This document shows positions 58,584-64,000 of a DNA stretch of 64,000 nt, in pieces. The stretch is from Candidatus Omnitrophota bacterium (lineage in GTDB: Bacteria; Hinthialibacterota; Hinthialibacteria; Hinthialibacterales; JAKPRU01). The stretch lies in contig JAKQSI010000093.1 in assembly GCA_029570205.1 (NCBI GenBank), positions 65,135 to 129,134 of the forward strand, given 5' to 3'. Made by a program: the position numbers and the translations under genes. Numbering within the stretch: position 1 is the stretch's first letter; each line of letters begins with the position of its first letter. A model generated the notes under the pieces. That model saw nothing but the letters and a program-made list of their open reading frames with translations. It was not told where the DNA came from and made no database searches.

Positions 58584-59339
58584 CTATTTTCCGTATAGGA
58601 AGTCCTTGATGGACTGGACCACCACGTCGCCGTTCAGCCTGGCGATTACTGTCGTTAAAGGGATCTTTTTCGGGCAGACCCGGACACAGTTCTGTGCATT
58701 GCCGCACTCATGAATCCCACCGGGCTGCATAATGGCACGCAGTCGCTCGGCTTTTTCATACCTGCCGGTAGGATGAATGTTGAACAGGCGGACCTGGGCG
58801 AGAATTGCCGCGCCATAGAAGGAATTCCTGTCGTTGACTTGAGGACAGGCATCCAGGCAACAGCCGCAGGTCATGCACCGTGCGTATTCGTAAGCCTCCA
58901 TCTGTTCCTCCGGTGATCGTTTCGGGCCGGGACCAAGATTGTGGGTTCCATCGATCTCCACCCAGGCGTGGACCTTCTTGAGCGTTTCGAACATTCGGGA
59001 GCGGTCTACCACGAGATCCCGGACAACCGGAAACTTCCGCATCGGTTGCAGGATAACCGGTGTTTCAATTTGATCGATCAATGCGGTGCAGGCTTGGCGG
59101 ACCCGGCCGTTGATGACCATGGTGCAGGCTCCGCAGACCTCCTCCAGACAGCTGCACTCCCAGGCTACAGGAGCAACCTGCCTCCCGGAGACATTTACCG
59201 GGTTGCGCCGGATTTCCTGCAAAAGAGCAATGACGTTCATATTGGGCCTGGATTCGACCTCGAACTCCTCCCAATACGGTTCGGCTCCGGGGTTGTCCTG
59301 TCGCCTGACTTTGACCCGAATCTTGTCCGCCGCGCTCAT
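58584..59339 (-). CDS. sdhB: succinate dehydrogenase / fumarate reductase iron-sulfur subunit
   Basis: [2Fe-2S] CSCLEEVCGAC...C; [4Fe-4S] CMTCGCCLDACP; [3Fe-4S] CGNAQNCVRVCP. Confidence 0.92.
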   Translation of the reverse strand: MSAADKIRVKVRRQDNPGAEPYWEEFEVESRPNMNVIALLQEIRRNPVNVSGRQVAPVAWECSCLEEVCGACTMVINGRVRQACTALIDQIETPVILQPMRKFPVVRDLVVDRSRMFETLKKVHAWVEIDGTHNLGPGPKRSPEEQMEAYEYARCMTCGCCLDACPQVNDRNSFYGAAILAQVRLFNIHPTGRYEKAERLRAIMQPGGIHECGNAQNCVRVCPKKIPLTTVIARLNGDVVVQSIKDFLYGK

Positions 59340-59384
59340 GGTATCCTTTCAAGAGTTAAAGAATCTCCATTCATCCGTGCCTCA

Positions 59385-61244
59385 TCAATCGTACCGACGC
59401 GGATGCGGTTCGATCAGACTGTGATCGACTTTCTCATATGTAATTTCCGGCCCGGTGGGTGTATACGTGGCAATGGTGGTTTTGCACCACCGGTCGTGGT
59501 TTGCTTTCCAGAGTTTGAGATACTCCCGGTATTCGGGGGAATCCACATTATCCGGCTGTTTGATCTCAAATTGCTTTTTGAAGTGCGAGCCACGGCATTC
59601 ATTCCGCTGCAATGCGCCTTTCACGATGATTTTTGCCAACTCCAGCATATTCCACAGTTGATGCAGGAACAGCGCCGGCTGGTTGTTCCAGGTGGAATTA
59701 TCGAGGGCCGAGCAGTCTTTCCATCGTTCCTGCAAAGCGTCCAGTTTAATTTGGGTTTCCTGAAGCTGAGGATTTTCACGCACGATGGTGACATTTTTCT
59801 CCATCCACTCTCCGAGTTCGCCATGGAGGCGATAGGGATTTTCCTTGCCGTTCATTTTGCGTATCCGTTCGAGGCGATCGGCTATGCGTTTTCTTTCATT
59901 TTCGGCGGCTGCGCTGAAATCGCCCTGGACGCTCTTGTGGAATTGGATGACCGCCGGCGCAACAACCAGCCCCGCGAAAATACAGGAGAGCAGGGAATTG
60001 GCTCCCAGGCGATTCGCGCCGTGATATTGACAATCCACCTCGCCGATTGCATACAGGCCGGGGATGTTGGTCATGTGGTTTTTAGGGCTGCGGCGATCCA
60101 GAAGGCCATCCGGTGTTTTTTCGTAGCCCACCCACAGGCCACCCATGGAATAATGCACCGCCGGAAAAATGCGCATGGGGGTTTTGCGCGGGTCTTCGCC
60201 GACGAATTTTTCGTATATCTCCAGAATCCCGCCCAATTTGCGGTCCAACTCCTGCGCAGGTTTGTGGGTCAGGTCCAGATACACCATGGCTTTTCCATCC
60301 AGGCCGAGGCCGAGGTTGATACAGACATCGTAAATCTCACGGGAGGCGACATCGCGAGGAACCAGGTTTCCATATCGCGGGTAACGTTCTTCGAGGAAAT
60401 ACCACCGATCCTCTTCGGGGATGGTTTCGGGAGGACGGGGGTCGCCTTTCTTTTTCGGGACCCAGATTCGTCCGCCCTCTCCGCGAGCGGATTCCGATAT
60501 GAGGCGCAACTTGTCTGTTCCCGGAATGGCCGTGGGATGGATCTGGATAAACTCTCCATTGGCGTACTTTGCGCCCTGCTGGTAGACCATGGATGCCGCC
60601 GAGCCGGTATTGATCATGGAATTGGTGGTTCGTCCGAATACCAGACCGGGACCGCCGGTGGCCAGGATCACGGCGGCTCCTTCGAACGCACGGACCTCCA
60701 TGGTTGCCAAATTGACCGCCACAATGCCGCAACAGATCCCTTTCGAGTCGATGACCGCCGAGAGGAACTCCCAATTCTCGTATTTTTTGACTTTTCCAGC
60801 GGCCTCGTACCGGCGGACCTGTTCATCAAGCGCGTATAAAAGCTGCTGGCCGGTTGTTGAGCCGGAAAAGGCTGTTCGGTTGTAGAGGGTTCCGCCGAAC
60901 CGCCGGAAATCGAGATGGCCTTCCGGTGTGCGATTGAACGGGACACCCATGCGGTCCATCAGGTAGATGATTCCCGGCGCGGCATAGCACATGTCCTTGC
61001 AAAACGGCTGGTCCGCCAGGAAATCGCCGCCCTTCACCGTATCATAGAAATGAAGATCCGGACTGTCGCCTTCGCCCTTGCTGTTTACTGCGCCATTGAT
61101 ACCGCCCTGGGCACAGACCGAATGGGATCGTTTTACCGAAACTACCGAAAACAGGTCCACATCCGCTCTCAGCTCCGCCAGGCGCATCGCCGCCGATAGT
61201 CCCGCCAGTCCCCCACCCACAATCAAATATCTATGTCCTGTCAT
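59385..61244 (-). CDS. sdhA: succinate dehydrogenase / fumarate reductase flavoprotein subunit
   Basis: FAD motif YLIVGGGLAGLSAAM. Covalent-FAD His region RSHSVCAQGGI. Active-site HPT and RLGANSL motifs. Confidence 0.93.
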   Translation of the reverse strand: MTGHRYLIVGGGLAGLSAAMRLAELRADVDLFSVVSVKRSHSVCAQGGINGAVNSKGEGDSPDLHFYDTVKGGDFLADQPFCKDMCYAAPGIIYLMDRMGVPFNRTPEGHLDFRRFGGTLYNRTAFSGSTTGQQLLYALDEQVRRYEAAGKVKKYENWEFLSAVIDSKGICCGIVAVNLATMEVRAFEGAAVILATGGPGLVFGRTTNSMINTGSAASMVYQQGAKYANGEFIQIHPTAIPGTDKLRLISESARGEGGRIWVPKKKGDPRPPETIPEEDRWYFLEERYPRYGNLVPRDVASREIYDVCINLGLGLDGKAMVYLDLTHKPAQELDRKLGGILEIYEKFVGEDPRKTPMRIFPAVHYSMGGLWVGYEKTPDGLLDRRSPKNHMTNIPGLYAIGEVDCQYHGANRLGANSLLSCIFAGLVVAPAVIQFHKSVQGDFSAAAENERKRIADRLERIRKMNGKENPYRLHGELGEWMEKNVTIVRENPQLQETQIKLDALQERWKDCSALDNSTWNNQPALFLHQLWNMLELAKIIVKGALQRNECRGSHFKKQFEIKQPDNVDSPEYREYLKLWKANHDRWCKTTIATYTPTGPEITYEKVDHSLIEPHPRRYD

Positions 61245-61256
61245 CTTGTTCCTTCC

Positions 61257-61889
61257 TTACGCTGCCACGAACGCCGCCAGAGAAAACATAAATCCGCAGA
61301 ATACCGCGATTCCCACAATCCCACACAGAGCCAGCAGGTCTCTCTGAGAACGCTCGCTTACCGCAATCCCCCAAGTGATCATGAAATTCCAGAGTCCGTT
61401 CACAAAATGGAACGAGGCACAGGCCACACCGGCGACATAAAACGGAACGAGCAGCGAACGGTTGAACACCTGTGAAACATAAGCGAAATCCACATGTTCC
61501 ATCCCGGAATGAAAGGTCCAGCTGATCCGCATTTCCCACACATGAACGAGGATAAAAACCAGCGCCGCAATGCCGGTCCATCGTTGCAGAAAGTGGAGCC
61601 AATTCCGCAAATATCCGTATTCATGCGGATTGCACCGTGAACTCCACCAGACCGTCAGCCCCAGGACGGCATGAAGAAGAATCGGTATGCCGATGAGAAA
61701 AATCTCCAAGAAGCGAATGAACGGCAATTCCTGAAGAAACAGAGCCGCCCTGTCGAATTTCTCCGGTCCCTCAAAGAACGCCAGACTATTGGTCAGAACA
61801 TGTTCGCAGAAAAAGGCTCCGATTGGGACAATTCCCAGCAGGCTGTGCAATCGCCGAAAATAAAACGCCCTGCGTGACTCAGCAGTCAT
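61257..61889 (-). CDS. sdhC: succinate dehydrogenase cytochrome b subunit (Bacillus-type b558, 5 TM)
   Basis: RAFYFRRLHSLLGIVPIGAFFCEHVLTNS matches the b558 N-terminus. His ligands lie in the TM helices. Start trimmed to MTAESRR (GAAAGGA RBS). Gene order sdhC-A-B. Confidence 0.8.
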   Translation of the reverse strand: MTAESRRAFYFRRLHSLLGIVPIGAFFCEHVLTNSLAFFEGPEKFDRAALFLQELPFIRFLEIFLIGIPILLHAVLGLTVWWSSRCNPHEYGYLRNWLHFLQRWTGIAALVFILVHVWEMRISWTFHSGMEHVDFAYVSQVFNRSLLVPFYVAGVACASFHFVNGLWNFMITWGIAVSERSQRDLLALCGIVGIAVFCGFMFSLAAFVAA

Positions 61890-62230
61890 CGCAATCCTTT
61901 CAATCATCGTTGGCGGTTCCCACACCCAGTATGAACCGAAACGGCGGAATGCCAATCTTATACGATATACCAGAACTCCCGTTACGCAGTCTACCCTTCT
62001 TGCGTGATATTCACGGTCCGCTCAGCGGGTGTGCGAATTTCATCCTGCACCGCCACGGCCGCATGACGGAGATCCTCCGACCGGTGAACGTCGCCGGCAG
62101 ACCGGTGAAGCCGCGAGGTTTCATCCGAAATGGTGAAGCGCCGGATCTCACCCGCCAAGATACGCGGTATAATAGAATTGAAAAAATTATACAGGATTTG
62201 GTCCAATGCCGAATCGGAAAGGAAACGCCG

Positions 62231-62974
62231 ATGCCAAACATCCACCAGATCGTGAACCGTCAGGTCAATTTGTGGAACGCGGAGCGAGCGGCTTTCGAGA
62301 AACGTCGGCAGGAAGAAAGCTCGTTTGAGGCGGAACACCTTGCCGATCTGAAACCGGTAGTGACCATCTCACGGGAGCGGGGATCGCGGGGCAAACAACT
62401 GGCGAAACTGCTGTCACGGGAATTGCAGTATGGGTTGTTTGATCGCCAGATCATCGATTATCTCAGCGAGCAAGCCTCTTTGCGTCGGCATGTGGTAGAG
62501 TCTCTGGATGAGCGGGATCGGTCGGATTTGGAATTATGGGTTGAAGGAATGTTTTCCATGCAGATCACCGACCATGATGATTACATTCGGGGACTGATCG
62601 AGGTAGTCAAAACGACAGCGCTTCAGGGCGGTGTGGTGATTCTGGGCCGGGGGGCGAACTATATCCTGTCGGAGGCTTCCGCGTATCGGGTGCGCACAGT
62701 CGCCCCCATGGATCTTCGAGTTCGGAATTTGATGGATACGGAAGGAATGTCGGAAAAACAGGCGCGGGATGAAATTAAGAAAGTGGATCAGGATCGCGCC
62801 CAATATGTCAGACGCTATTTCCGGAGAGATATCAGCGATGCGACGGGCTACGATCTGGTAATCAATCTCGGCACGCACACCCTGGATGCCGCCGTGAAAA
62901 TTATCCGGTCCGGCCTCCGCGCTCGCGGATGGGCTGTGGAACTGATCGGAGGAGACAAACGCGGGAAAAGATAG
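62231..62974 (+). CDS. cytidylate-kinase-like family protein (P-loop NMP-kinase-like)
   Basis: KPVVTISRERGSRGKQLAKLLSRELQYGLFDRQII is a Walker-A-like segment typical of the cytidylate kinase-like family. The start is moved to the ATG at 62231 (AGGAAA RBS) because the long track ORF overlaps sdhC by more than 130 nt. Confidence 0.6.
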   Translation: MPNIHQIVNRQVNLWNAERAAFEKRRQEESSFEAEHLADLKPVVTISRERGSRGKQLAKLLSRELQYGLFDRQIIDYLSEQASLRRHVVESLDERDRSDLELWVEGMFSMQITDHDDYIRGLIEVVKTTALQGGVVILGRGANYILSEASAYRVRTVAPMDLRVRNLMDTEGMSEKQARDEIKKVDQDRAQYVRRYFRRDISDATGYDLVINLGTHTLDAAVKIIRSGLRARGWAVELIGGDKRGKR

Positions 62975-63194
62975 TGGGATTATTGAATACAGAGAACCTG
63001 GAAAGGCGGGGCTTGAGATTGTTCATGGAGTGTGGATGTTTGCGCTTTGCCGTCTGGATTCCGGCTTTCGCCGGAATGACGGATAGGAGCCATTCAGGAA
63101 TTGCCCTTATGCCGGGGGCCGTTGGGAGAAGATTGGGATGAGGGGGTTGAGCAGTCCGACAGAATCAACCCCCTCACACCTCTCCTGAACAGTC

Positions 63195-64000
63195 CTACGA
63201 AAGCCCCATTAACGTTTTTACGATGTACAAATCCAGACTTTCGTAATCGCGTTCTTTGATGAATTCCGCTATAAGATTCCGGTCAACGCGGCGGGACACC
63301 TCAAGCAGTTTGAGGAAGATTTCCCGGCTGTTGGTGAGATGCTTCATGGAAACGGCGCGTTTCTGTGTCCGCATTGCCTTCACATCCAGCCCGACAAATT
63401 CGCCGTTTTTCCCATAGCCGTTTTGATCGAGAAGATCGACCTGGTTGAATGCGCGTCGGAGATTCACCGATCCGAACGTCTTATCCTCATCGAATTTCAG
63501 GCCGTTCTGGTCGTTCAGATGCACGCTCCAGAGCTTGCCGTGATACAGCGCGTAGGCCATTTCATCCGACGGATCCAATCCGGCGAGAATGCAGTGCGCT
63601 GTCTCGATCAGTGCGCCGACTCGCTCCGGATCGCAGGTTTTGTAGGCGAGTCCGATAAAATGTCCCACCGTGGGGAAATAAGCCTGGTCCATCGGTTCAT
63701 TCGGCTTCATCTCGCCCAGGATTAAAACATTCGGATCGTATTCGAGCAGGGTGTTTATGTATTCCACCATGCGGCCCACCGAAGCGATGGGATCCTTCGA
63801 TTCACGGATATATGTTCCTTCACGCGCAGGCCAGAGAACGATCTTGTTTGTACCGAGCATATTGGCGATGTCAATGTTTCGCTTGCTGCGTTCCAGGGCA
63901 TATTTCCGGTCGGCGGGGTTATTGGAGGTTACTGCGCCGTCGATGGTGCGAGGGTCTTCCCACAACCGAGGAGCGACAAACTCCGCCACCAGGCCCTCGC
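63195..64000 (-). CDS. xylose-isomerase-like TIM-barrel sugar isomerase (XylA/RhaI-like); N-terminus lies beyond the window end
   Basis: The ORF stays open past 64000. HCILAGLDP...WSVHLNDQNG metal-site-like segment. The C-terminal two thirds only are visible. Confidence 0.5.
   Translation of the reverse strand, partial: EGLVAEFVAPRLWEDPRTIDGAVTSNNPADRKYALERSKRNIDIANMLGTNKIVLWPAREGTYIRESKDPIASVGRMVEYINTLLEYDPNVLILGEMKPNEPMDQAYFPTVGHFIGLAYKTCDPERVGALIETAHCILAGLDPSDEMAYALYHGKLWSVHLNDQNGLKFDEDKTFGSVNLRRAFNQVDLLDQNGYGKNGEFVGLDVKAMRTQKRAVSMKHLTNSREIFLKLLEVSRRVDRNLIAEFIKERDYESLDLYIVKTLMGLS

Noticed and set aside
61823-62230. Long N-terminal extension of the cytidylate-kinase-like ORF
   Set aside because: It overlaps sdhC on the opposite strand by more than 130 nt, with no conserved motifs. 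An internal ATG at 62231 with an RBS gives a family-typical length.

Overview
This is a 64-kb chromosomal window, about 55-58% GC, from a bacterium that looks PVC-like (Planctomycetes/Verrucomicrobia/Lentisphaerae), though that guess is tentative. Supporting hints are a 23S-5S rRNA operon with no 16S upstream, many xylose-isomerase-like TIM-barrel genes and prepilin-like proteins. In coordinate order the window holds the following. (1) 731-12972, + strand: a complete, compact type II secretion / type IV pilus-like operon. Its order is gspE-F-G-H-I-J-K, then a GspL-like PilM/PilN fusion, GspM/PilO-like, PilP/GspC-like, and a secretin at the END of the operon. A roughly 65-bp structured palindromic element is repeated three times inside this operon. 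A convergent HD-GYP c-di-GMP phosphodiesterase follows. (2) 14397-18421: a carbohydrate-conversion cluster. (3) murJ, a secreted dockerin-motif protein with a pseudopilin-like gene, glyA, tRNA-Phe and a cNMP-binding protein. (4) A 23S-5S rRNA operon with tandem sigma70 promoters and a clean terminator. (5) 28.8-34.6 kb: a motility/signalling island. It has a degraded receiver pseudogene, two small flagellar-regulon-type genes (YjfB-like, missing from the ORF track, and YvyF-like), each behind a sigma-28 (FliA)-type promoter. It also has a divergent pair of response regulators (REC-HD-GYP and REC plus an unknown C-terminal domain carrying an R-x4-H HEPN-like motif), a membrane coiled-coil protein and a STAS protein. 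(6) 34648-40858, - strand: a chemotaxis operon cheW-R-A-C-D-Y-B with no MCP. (7) 41-51 kb: a glycan/glycosylation locus with a GalE-like epimerase, an M24 peptidase, a SAM methyltransferase, a GT-C (ArnT/PMT-like) transferase and two Wzy_C(O-antigen-ligase-like)+TPR membrane proteins flanking aroQ. (8) GNAT, a Cys-rich DUF1848-like protein, an FAD oxidase and two large exported proteins. (9) A Bacillus-type sdhCAB operon, a cytidylate-kinase-like gene and a truncated sugar isomerase. No CRISPR array, IS element or integrase was seen. Every call rests on motifs read by eye; no database search was possible.
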